Assembly (NCBI GenBank): GCA_005223125.1
Contig: NJBH01000006.1
Location: 64,001 to 128,000 of the forward strand
Origin: Promethearchaeota archaeon Loki_b32
GTDB lineage: Archaea > Asgardarchaeota > Lokiarchaeia > Sigyniarchaeales > SOKP01
Direction: 5' to 3'
DNA length: 64,000 bases
Shown: positions 1-8,430 of the stretch, piece after piece
How the letters are laid out: the number at the start of each line of letters is the position of its first letter
Numbering within the stretch: position 1 is the stretch's first letter
The notes under the pieces: generated by a model
Told to the model about the DNA's origin: nothing
Database searches by the model: none
The model's input: the letters and a program-made list of their open reading frames with translations, nothing else
Translations under genes and position numbers: made by a program

Positions 1-269
1 TAATTGAGGCTATGGGTGAGATTAAAGATCCAAAAGCTACAATGCTAATAGTCAATTTTTTAAAACAAGAGTTAGAAAAGCCTGAAGAAGATCAAAATAA
101 AACAAGATTATTTATAGTTATAGAAAGCCTTATGAAAATTGGAGATAAAAGAGCACTAGAGCATTTAGGCATATTATTAGATTCCTGTCATAGTGATATC
201 AGAAAACTTACAGAAGAAGCTTTTGAGTGTATCGATCCAAAATGGAAACTAAATATAAAATCTGTTTGA
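1..269 (+). CDS. HEAT/PBS-lyase repeat protein, 5'-partial
   Basis: Frame is open to the window edge (att gag gct atg...). Repeated 'EAMGEIKDPKA' / 'ESLMKIGDKRALEHL' HEAT-like motifs. Confidence 0.7.
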   Translation, partial: IEAMGEIKDPKATMLIVNFLKQELEKPEEDQNKTRLFIVIESLMKIGDKRALEHLGILLDSCHSDIRKLTEEAFECIDPKWKLNIKSV

Positions 270-307
270 ATCAAAAACTTTTTTAAAAATGAGGAAAAAA
301 TAAAATT

Positions 308-619
308 ATGTCTGAACTTATTGAAAAACTAGCACAATCTGTTGAGGGTTCTAAGAAAAATAGAGATATTACAATACTCACCTTGTCTACGTGTATGTGG
401 TGCAAAAAATGTAAAACTTGGTTGAAAGAACGTGATGTACAATATAAATATGTCGATGTAGATCAAATTGATTTTAAAGAAAAATCAAAAATAATAGATT
501 ATTTAAGAGATAAATATCAAAGTAGAATTTCATATCCGTTTATGATCTGTGATGATGAGTTTGTAGTAGGTTATAATCCAAATAGATATGAAGAATTAAT
601 GAAAACTGGAGGGGATTAG
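308..619 (+). CDS. Glutaredoxin/NrdH-like redoxin
   Basis: CMWC motif, 'YKYVDVD', cis-Pro 'SYP', 'VVGY'. Coupled to the FTR gene. Confidence 0.9.
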   Translation: MSELIEKLAQSVEGSKKNRDITILTLSTCMWCKKCKTWLKERDVQYKYVDVDQIDFKEKSKIIDYLRDKYQSRISYPFMICDDEFVVGYNPNRYEELMKTGGD

Positions 620-620
620 A

Positions 621-986
621 ATGGATATGAAAACAAAAGATGGAATGCTGGAATATTGTAATAAAGTTTGTGATACAAATAATTGGATATTGAATAAAGA
701 TCAAGAAACTCTAAATAATTTGATTGAAGGTTTAGTGGATAATAAAAATAATCTCGGATATCAATCATGCCCATGTCGTCTTGCCTCTGGTAATCGAGAT
801 TTAGACCGAGATTTAATATGCCCTTGTGATTATGCTCCGTTAGATATAAATGATTATGGCACGTGTTATTGTAATTTATACTTCCGTTCTGATTTCTATG
901 AAACTGTTGGAGAATTATTTGTTCTTGTTCCAGAAAGAAGGCCTGTTGAGAAAGAAAAAGCTGTTTTAGAACATTTTAAAAAATAA
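621..986 (+). CDS. Ferredoxin:thioredoxin reductase catalytic subunit-like
   Basis: CPCR...ICPC...CYC triad characteristic of the FTR beta subunit. Confidence 0.92.
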   Translation: MDMKTKDGMLEYCNKVCDTNNWILNKDQETLNNLIEGLVDNKNNLGYQSCPCRLASGNRDLDRDLICPCDYAPLDINDYGTCYCNLYFRSDFYETVGELFVLVPERRPVEKEKAVLEHFKK

Positions 987-1095
987 TTTTTGTTTCTAAA
1001 TTTCTTTTTTTCTATTAAATTAAATTATTTAATTTGAACTTCATTTTTTATTTATAAATAAAATCCTTAAATAGTACAGTTACTCTTTGTAAATT

Positions 1096-1251
1096 ATGAC
1101 AGATAATGAAATAACTGATGATGAATTAGAAGAAGAACTCGATAAATCTTTTAGAGAAAATGAAGCTAAAAGAGACTGGTGTGGTAAACCTATGCCAAGC
1201 TCACGTGAAACAGGAGTCCAAAGAACAAATGTCAAACTTAAAAAAGATTAA
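1096..1251 (+). CDS. Small acidic hypothetical protein, 51 aa (not in ORF track)
   Basis: Read manually: MTDNEITDDELEEELDKSFRENEAKRDWCGKPMPSSRETGVQRTNVKLKKD*. Purine-rich coding-like composition, followed by a T-tract. Confidence 0.6.
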   Translation: MTDNEITDDELEEELDKSFRENEAKRDWCGKPMPSSRETGVQRTNVKLKKD

Positions 1252-1389
1252 TATTTTTCTTTTTCTTAAATTTTTCAGGATAGTATTCAAATACATTAAA
1301 TTTTAAAACTTGTTTTTGACATCAAATATCAATTCAGTATGGTAGATCTTATGGTCAAAGAGAGAATATGTGCAAATTATTAATGTAGT

Positions 1390-3039
1390 TTATTTAGAGA
1401 TTTTAATTTCTGGAATTTCTACGATGAAATTACTTCCTTTAGTATAATCATTTTCTAAACGATTTTCAACCCAAATTTTACCATGATAACTTTCAATAAT
1501 CTTTTTCACAAGTGATAAGCCAATCCCCATTCCTCTTATATTATTATCTTTATTGTGTCCCTTTTGAAAAATGGATTTCTTTTTTTTGTCAATAATACCA
1601 AAACCATTATCTTTGAATTCCATTTTAACATAATTTTTCTTATCAAGAAGGGCTTTAGTAATATCAACTTGGATTTTAACAGACTCATTTTGGTTATATT
1701 TTATTGCATTATGTAAGATATTTTCAAACACATCTAATAGAAATTCATTAGCATCGACGTATAATTCATTATTAACTTTTTTGATTTGGATATCTAATTT
1801 CTTTTCTTGAGCACTTTTATTCGCAAATTGTATTGCTTCATCTAAAATCCCATTAATCTCAACTGGTTTTAATGAAATTTCTGATTCTTCAAGTTTAGAA
1901 AGTTTGCGTACATTATTAATTAATTTGACCCCTCTATCAATTTGATTATCAATTATTTGAAAAAATTCGTCTAAATTATCAAAACTTTCTGATTTTTCTT
2001 TCAATATTGAGATTAATTCTGCTGAGGATTTAATATTATGAAAAATATTGTTTATATCATGCGTAAAAATATCTTTAAAGAATTCTGCTCTCTCATATGC
2101 CTCTCGATATCTATTTTCAGATTTTCTTAATTCTTGTTCAGCATGTTGATGTTCAGTAATATCTTTAAAGCTCCACACACGTCCTACTCTCTCTTCATCT
2201 TGGATTAATGGACAAGAATATTGTTCGAATATTCTTCCATCCTTAAAAAAAATCATATCATAACCATCCTTGGATGATTTTTCAAGATTTCTAAGTTTTA
2301 ATAAGAATTTATCTGGATCATTAAGTTGATCCAAGATATAATTTAATAACTTAGTGAAATCTTTCTGATCAATGACTTCATCTGGAATACGCCACATATA
2401 AATGAACCTTTCATTTAAATGCGTAATAACATTATTTATATCAACAACAAGAATTCCATCTGCTGTCGCTTCGAATGTGGCTCTTAATAATTCTTGACTC
2501 TCCTTTAATGCTTTTTCAGCATTTAATAGTTCAATAGTATCACCTAAGCTTTGACCAAATATCCGCAAAATCACAAAATCCTTACCTTTCCATTGAATTT
2601 TCTCTTTAATTTTACTAAAACACACAAATCCAGTTATCGCTCTGCTAATATAGATGGGAAAAGCTAAAAAAGATTGGATACTTTGTATTTCCATAAATTT
2701 CTTTACTGATTGAGCTCCATTTGGTAAATTAGAAACATCTCGAATATTAATAAAACTAATTTTCTTAACTTGATTTATCCACCAGGAAATTATTCTAATA
2801 TCTACTTTTTGAAGATTTTTAAGTTGGGAATTAATCCCTTCTGAACACCATTCATGGGTATTTCCAAAAAATTTTTTGTTATCATCAAAAAGAAAAAGAG
2901 TAACTCGATCTGCTTTTGATACAATTCCCATGTCTTCAAAGGATGAATTAATCGCTTCATCAAGATTTACTCTACCTACAAATCGAGAAGAGATACTTGA
3001 AATTACTTTTTCAAAATTTAATCTACTTTCAAGCGACAC
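1390..3039 (-). CDS. GAF-PAS sensor histidine kinase
   Basis: GAF ('NTHEWC'), PAS ('TADGILVVD'), H-box 'FTHDINN', N-box 'ENILHNAIKY', G boxes 'DNGFGI'/'GMGIGL'. GTG start with GGAG SD. Confidence 0.92.
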   Translation of the reverse strand: MSLESRLNFEKVISSISSRFVGRVNLDEAINSSFEDMGIVSKADRVTLFLFDDNKKFFGNTHEWCSEGINSQLKNLQKVDIRIISWWINQVKKISFINIRDVSNLPNGAQSVKKFMEIQSIQSFLAFPIYISRAITGFVCFSKIKEKIQWKGKDFVILRIFGQSLGDTIELLNAEKALKESQELLRATFEATADGILVVDINNVITHLNERFIYMWRIPDEVIDQKDFTKLLNYILDQLNDPDKFLLKLRNLEKSSKDGYDMIFFKDGRIFEQYSCPLIQDEERVGRVWSFKDITEHQHAEQELRKSENRYREAYERAEFFKDIFTHDINNIFHNIKSSAELISILKEKSESFDNLDEFFQIIDNQIDRGVKLINNVRKLSKLEESEISLKPVEINGILDEAIQFANKSAQEKKLDIQIKKVNNELYVDANEFLLDVFENILHNAIKYNQNESVKIQVDITKALLDKKNYVKMEFKDNGFGIIDKKKKSIFQKGHNKDNNIRGMGIGLSLVKKIIESYHGKIWVENRLENDYTKGSNFIVEIPEIKISK

Positions 3040-3248
3040 TGAAATGCTCCTTAATGAAAAGAACTGAAATTAAATCCCTTATGTTATTTAAATATAATAG
3101 AGAAAGCTGAATCTACAAATATGATAAATTAGATATTTTTAAATTTATGGAAAGGGAAAAAGCAGATCTCTATGTGTAAAATAACTGCTAAATTCCAAAT
3201 TTGTGTTTCAATTTATGAAATTTATAAAATTTAGTACTTTTAATATAT

Positions 3249-4409
3249 TTGATTGATTTGGAATGCAACAATATTACATTTGAAAAAGAATCTGAAAAGA
3301 ATCATAAAAAATTTACTTTAAGAGAATTTGGAGGAGCCTTTGGAGATTGGGGTACATTAGTACCATTTATAATTGGATATATATCAATAGTAGGTTTAAA
3401 TCCCGCAGGAATTTTCCTTACACTAGGAATAACAAATATCATTTTAGGGATAAAATTTAATCTTCCGCTTCCTGTACAACCACAGAAGACGATTGGTACA
3501 GTGGCTATATCAAAAGGATGGGATCCTAATATGGTTATTTCCACCGGTTTTGGAACGGGGGTCGTATGGTTTCTACTTGGCTTCTCAAAAAAGCTTAATA
3601 AAATCGTAAGTAAAGTTCCAATTGTAGCAGTAAGAGGAATCCAACTTGGTTTAGCATTAATATTAGGCTGGACAGGATTAAAGTTATTTAGTGAAAATTT
3701 ATTTCTTGGTTTTATATCGATTGCAATCATCTTAATTTTAATAAAGAATAAGCCGATCCCTTCAGCTATTATTCTTACTTTTGGGGGGATTTTAATCATG
3801 TTTTTTACACAGACCATTTTTATTTCAGAATTAGAATTTGGTTTTCCATTATTAACGTTTCAAATACCTACATGGGATAATTTTTTACTTGGAATGGTGT
3901 ACGCGGGGTTTGCACAATTATTTTTAACTTTAACAAATGTTATGGTTGCTACTGTTGTTTTAATTAAAGAGTTGTTTCCTGATAGGGAAGGGATAGACGC
4001 TAATACTTTAGCTTTCAATATGGGCGCTATGAATTTAATTAATCCTTTTTTGGTGGGAATGCCATTATGCCATGGATCAGGAGGATTAATGGCACAATAT
4101 GCTTTTGGAGCTAGAACGGGAGGTTCCATGATAATGGAGGGCGTAATGGAATTGATTCTCGGATTATTTTTTTCTGAAGCTTTACTTATACTTTTTACAG
4201 AGTTTCCTATGGCTATTTTAGGTGCTATGCTTATTTATACCGCCTTTTTATTAGGAAAAATTGCACTCAGCGATTTTAATATAAAAGTATTCCCAATAAT
4301 CTTAACCTCTGCAATTATTTGCTTTTCTATTAATATTGCAATTGGTTTTCTGATTGGATTAATAATTTATTTATTTTTTACTAAAGTAATTGAAAAAACT
4401 GATAGTTAA
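3249..4409 (+). CDS. MOT1-type putative molybdate/sulfate transporter
   Basis: 'GAFGDWGT', 'PLPVQPQK' and 'MPLCHGSGGL.AQY.FGARTG' motifs; multiple TM helices. Confidence 0.88.
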   Translation: MIDLECNNITFEKESEKNHKKFTLREFGGAFGDWGTLVPFIIGYISIVGLNPAGIFLTLGITNIILGIKFNLPLPVQPQKTIGTVAISKGWDPNMVISTGFGTGVVWFLLGFSKKLNKIVSKVPIVAVRGIQLGLALILGWTGLKLFSENLFLGFISIAIILILIKNKPIPSAIILTFGGILIMFFTQTIFISELEFGFPLLTFQIPTWDNFLLGMVYAGFAQLFLTLTNVMVATVVLIKELFPDREGIDANTLAFNMGAMNLINPFLVGMPLCHGSGGLMAQYAFGARTGGSMIMEGVMELILGLFFSEALLILFTEFPMAILGAMLIYTAFLLGKIALSDFNIKVFPIILTSAIICFSINIAIGFLIGLIIYLFFTKVIEKTDS

Positions 4410-4561
4410 GCTTTAAATTAATCTTTTGAAATATTAGTATAATTTTATAAGATTTTATTCAAAAACGATTCATAACTAATTTTTTTTATATTTTAAACAA
4501 AAAATTATTTTAAGTGTGAAAGCAAATATTCATAATAGATTGAATTGTAATGGGTGATTTT

Positions 4562-5254
4562 ATGTTATTTTCACAAAATGAAATGGATAATGTCAAAAGA
4601 GAAATGGCTAAGTTAAAGGATAATGTTGTTTTAAAGCTATTTACTGATTTCAAAACCCAAGAAGATGGAACAAAACTAAGAAAATGCATGGCATGTGAGG
4701 GTACGTATGAGTTATTAAAAACTTTAGAAGAACTTTCTAATGGAAAATTAAAAATTGATGAAATATCTATTGAAGAAAATGAAGAAGAAGCAAAAAAATT
4801 CAATGTTACTAAAATTCCAGCCATATTGTTTGTAGATCAAAATGATAAAGAAATAATCCGATATTTAGCACATCCAACTGGATCTGAATTTGTACCTTTT
4901 CTTAATAGTATTCAATATTTTTCAGGAGTAAGACCTTACTATGCGGATCAAATCCTTACTCATCTTAAAAAGATAGATAAGTCAAAAATGAAAATTTTTA
5001 TAACTCCGACATGCCCTTACTGTCCGGCCACAGTTCCTGTTTTAACCCTCTTTGCTATCGTTTCTAAGGGAAAAGTTACGGCGGAAGTGATTGATGTTAA
5101 CTTGAACCCGGATTTAGGAATGAAATATCAAGTACAAGGAGTACCTCATACAGTTGTCAATGAGAAAGACCACATATATGGAATGTTTAGTCCCCAAGAT
5201 TTATTAGATAAATTAACTAAGGGACAGAGAGATTTTGGTGGAATGTATGCATAG
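4562..5254 (+). CDS. Protein disulfide oxidoreductase (PDO/AhpF-NTD-like, two Trx folds), paralog 1
   Basis: CMAC and CPYC motifs, 'GVP'. GGTGA SD favours ATG 4562 (ORF is open from 4550). Confidence 0.88.
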   Translation: MLFSQNEMDNVKREMAKLKDNVVLKLFTDFKTQEDGTKLRKCMACEGTYELLKTLEELSNGKLKIDEISIEENEEEAKKFNVTKIPAILFVDQNDKEIIRYLAHPTGSEFVPFLNSIQYFSGVRPYYADQILTHLKKIDKSKMKIFITPTCPYCPATVPVLTLFAIVSKGKVTAEVIDVNLNPDLGMKYQVQGVPHTVVNEKDHIYGMFSPQDLLDKLTKGQRDFGGMYA

Positions 5255-5272
5255 GAAAGGTGATTCATAAAA

Positions 5273-5956
5273 ATGTCTTCAGACGATCGATATAAGGAAA
5301 TAATTAGACGTGAAATGTCTAAATTAAAAAAGCCTGTTAAACTGAAGGTTTTTACTTCACAAAGAATAGGACCAAATGGAACTCAAATAAGAGCTTGTAT
5401 GGATTGTGGTGAATTTATGGCTTTATTAAGGATTTATGAAGAAAATTCAAACGGTATGCTGACAATTGAAGAACTTTCAATAGATGATAACCCAGAATTC
5501 GCAAAAAAGTTTGACATTAATCGAGTCCCAACAATACTTTTTATAGATGATAATGGTCGAGAGATAATCAGATATTTAGCAGCTCCAAAAGGGGGAGAGA
5601 TCCAACCTTTCATCCAGGCTATATTTAACTTTGCAGGAACTCCCAATTATTATGAGGCTACAATAAAAAAAAATCTAGATAGGATACAACCATCTACTAT
5701 TAAGGTAATGATGACAGAGACGTGCCCCTATTGTCCTCAAGTAATTGCTATAAGTAATTCCTTCGCAATTGCTTCTGAGGGGAAGATTAGAACCGTAATT
5801 ATCGATATCGCGGCAAATCCTGATATAGGTCAATATTATGATGCTGCTGGTGTTCCATATACTATTATTAATGATCAAAAGACTTTAGTGGGAATGGTTG
5901 GGCCAAATGAAATTTTAAGCGCCTTGATTGGAGGGAATATTCGTGTTCAATATTGA
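5273..5956 (+). CDS. Protein disulfide oxidoreductase, paralog 2
   Basis: CMDC and CPYC motifs. Shares 'EIIRYLA.P.G.E..PF' with the upstream paralog. Confidence 0.88.
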   Translation: MSSDDRYKEIIRREMSKLKKPVKLKVFTSQRIGPNGTQIRACMDCGEFMALLRIYEENSNGMLTIEELSIDDNPEFAKKFDINRVPTILFIDDNGREIIRYLAAPKGGEIQPFIQAIFNFAGTPNYYEATIKKNLDRIQPSTIKVMMTETCPYCPQVIAISNSFAIASEGKIRTVIIDIAANPDIGQYYDAAGVPYTIINDQKTLVGMVGPNEILSALIGGNIRVQY

Positions 5957-5957
5957 T

Positions 5958-6887
5958 ATGGAAGCTATAGATTTCGAAAAAACTTATGATCTAATTGTAT
6001 TAGGGGGTGGACCCACTGCGATTGGATGTGCCATTTATGCTGCTCGATTCGCGATGGATGTACTGGTTGTTGGAAAAACTTTTGGTGGATTGATAGCGAC
6101 TACTCATATTGTTGAAAATTATCCTGCAATTACATCCATAAGTGGTCAAGGATTAATGGATATGTTTAAAGATCATATGGACTCACTTAGTATCCCATAT
6201 ATATCAGATCAGATACGCAGTATTGATAAAGTTGATGATTATTTTGAACTTCGTTCCTTCTTTCAGAAATTTAAAGCACATTCAATTTGCATAGCAACTG
6301 GTTCAGAAAGACGGAAATTAGGTATACCTGGAGAAGAGGAATATACTGGTCGAGGTGTTTCATATTGTGCCACTTGTGATGGTCCCTTTTACAAAAATAA
6401 AGTAGTATGTGTAATAGGAGGAAGTGATTCTGCTGCTAAAGAAGCGCTGTTTTTAGCACAAAACACCAAAAAAGTATATATTATTTATCGGGGAGAAGAT
6501 ATTAGAGCTGAACCTATAAACAAAAAACGTGTATTTGAAAATGAAAAAATAGAAATTATCTACAAAACTAATGTTGTTGAAATAAAAGGGGAAGGGAATG
6601 TAAAATCTGTAGTTTTTGATAATGATATCGAACTCGTTGTTGATGGTGTGTTTGTTGAGATTGGTTCAATTCCTAATTCTGATTTAGCAAAACGTATTGG
6701 TGTAGAAACAAATGAAAAAGGAGAAATTAAAATAAATCGTAAGTCAGAAACAAATATTACTGGTATTTTTGCTGCAGGAGATGTTGCTGATGCCCCTTTT
6801 AAGCAAGCAATTACAGGAGTTTCTGAAGGAGTAATAGCTGCATACTCTGCTTTTGATTATGTTAAAGAAATGAATATAGAATATTAG
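5958..6887 (+). CDS. trxB: Thioredoxin-disulfide reductase
   Basis: GGGP FAD motif, 'GRGVSYCATCDG', 'GIFAAGD'. ATG 5958 follows the PDO2 stop. Confidence 0.93.
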   Translation: MEAIDFEKTYDLIVLGGGPTAIGCAIYAARFAMDVLVVGKTFGGLIATTHIVENYPAITSISGQGLMDMFKDHMDSLSIPYISDQIRSIDKVDDYFELRSFFQKFKAHSICIATGSERRKLGIPGEEEYTGRGVSYCATCDGPFYKNKVVCVIGGSDSAAKEALFLAQNTKKVYIIYRGEDIRAEPINKKRVFENEKIEIIYKTNVVEIKGEGNVKSVVFDNDIELVVDGVFVEIGSIPNSDLAKRIGVETNEKGEIKINRKSETNITGIFAAGDVADAPFKQAITGVSEGVIAAYSAFDYVKEMNIEY

Positions 6888-6947
6888 TAGTATTTTTTTC
6901 TTTTGATTTTTAGTTAAACTTTAAAAAAGAGTGAAAAAAAAGGAAAT

Positions 6948-7262
6948 TTATTCAATATTTATTTCAATACTATGAAATTCGGGCTCTTTGAACGGTACTT
7001 CAATCTTTAAAAGTCCATTTTTATAAATTGCTTTTGTTTCTTCTGGTTTAATTAGACAGCAAACACCATAGGAACCTATATAAACAGTGTCTTCAGTTTC
7101 TCCTTTAATGAAAAAACTGTCATCATGCATTTTAAGCTTAATTGATTCTTTCTCTACTCCAGGCAGTTGTATTTCAATTTTATAAATGTTTTGTTCATCA
7201 TCAGCCCAAGAACACACTTCTGGTGACATTAAATACTTTTCTTCTTCTTTTACTTCAGACAT
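6948..7262 (-). CDS. Hsp20/alpha-crystallin small heat shock protein
   Basis: 'IQLPGVEKESI' and 'AIYKNGLLKIEVP'. Confidence 0.88.
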   Translation of the reverse strand: MSEVKEEEKYLMSPEVCSWADDEQNIYKIEIQLPGVEKESIKLKMHDDSFFIKGETEDTVYIGSYGVCCLIKPEETKAIYKNGLLKIEVPFKEPEFHSIEINIE

Positions 7263-7445
7263 ATTTTTCACTTCAAAGTTAAAATTATATTTAGATTTAA
7301 TTATTACTTCAACCAAAATAACCGATTTAAAAGTTCTTTCTATGGAATATTAAAGAAGGAGTGAATTTTCCTTAAAAATTAAATTGAAAATTTGTTTTTC
7401 CTTTAATTTAAAAATTTTTAAAAAATATTGAATCGAGGGACGCTT

Positions 7446-8357
7446 TTATTGAGGATTAAGTGTAGGAGATCTAGCTGACATAAGTTCTAATATTTTCTCC
7501 CAATATTCTTTTATTTCCCAGTTTTGTTTTGTTTTTATTTTTTCAGAGACTTCCTTTAATAATTCCCTAATTTTAAGTGAATCAAAATAAGTTAAAATTG
7601 GGGCAATCACAGATAACATATATTGTTTTTCTCCATATCTTTCATTTTTATCCGGAAATGAATCAAAAAATAGATAACCTTTTTTATCAATATTCTCAAT
7701 ATTAAGTAAAATACTTTGAGCTTTTGTGATTTTATCGTGTCCATAAATCGAAGTTGCAGCGTGGAACAATTGCTTGCCAATAGTGTTAATAGATAGGGTA
7801 CAATTTTCTTCAGAGGGATAACTCTGTTTTAATATTGGTCCTGCAACATCATCCCAATATACCATTAATAAACATAATGATGGTTGATCTTTATTAATAA
7901 TTGATGGATGCATTTCTATATTCAAGGATGAGAATATTTGTTTAATTTCCTCATCAATTTGATTGGATTTTTTATATCGAGCAATTTTACCAGAGATTGA
8001 AGCTAATAAATCTTCCTTTTTAAAAGGTTTTGTTATATAATCATCTACTCCTAACATTTTACCCAATCGAATATCTTCAGGAGTAGATTTTGCGGTTAGA
8101 AATAAGAAAGGAATACGACTCAATTTTGAGTTAGATGAAACAGCAGCAAAAAACTCATAGCCATTCATGACTGGCATCATTATATCGCTTATTATTATAT
8201 CAGGAACTTTCTCTAATGTCAAAAGCATTTTAAGTGCTGTTTTACCACTAATTGCTGTGATTATATTGTAGTCACTTGCTTCAAGAATAAGTTTTAGATT
8301 AAATAAAATATCCTCGTTATCATCAACAACCATTAACAAGGGCTTTGAATCTGACAT
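7446..8357 (-). CDS. Response regulator receiver fused to a longin/uDENN-like C-terminal domain
   Basis: REC motifs 'VVDDN', 'ISDIMMPVMNG', 'FLTA', 'DDYITKPF'. C-terminal 'LMVYWDDVAGPILKQSYP' resembles the longin F/W-D-x3-GP motif. Confidence 0.85.
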   Translation of the reverse strand: MSDSKPLLMVVDDNEDILFNLKLILEASDYNIITAISGKTALKMLLTLEKVPDIIISDIMMPVMNGYEFFAAVSSNSKLSRIPFLFLTAKSTPEDIRLGKMLGVDDYITKPFKKEDLLASISGKIARYKKSNQIDEEIKQIFSSLNIEMHPSIINKDQPSLCLLMVYWDDVAGPILKQSYPSEENCTLSINTIGKQLFHAATSIYGHDKITKAQSILLNIENIDKKGYLFFDSFPDKNERYGEKQYMLSVIAPILTYFDSLKIRELLKEVSEKIKTKQNWEIKEYWEKILELMSARSPTLNPQ

Positions 8358-8430
8358 AGGGGAATTTCATCTATATTACTGATATCAATAATATTGATCC
8401 AATCAATATTTATAATTTTTTTAGATCAAT

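Noticed and set aside
308-6887. Selenocysteine (TGA) recoding in the redox proteins
   Set aside because: All redox motifs are encoded with Cys and the ORFs are uninterrupted. The in-frame TGAs at 16203 and 48709 are parts of GGTGA SD motifs.
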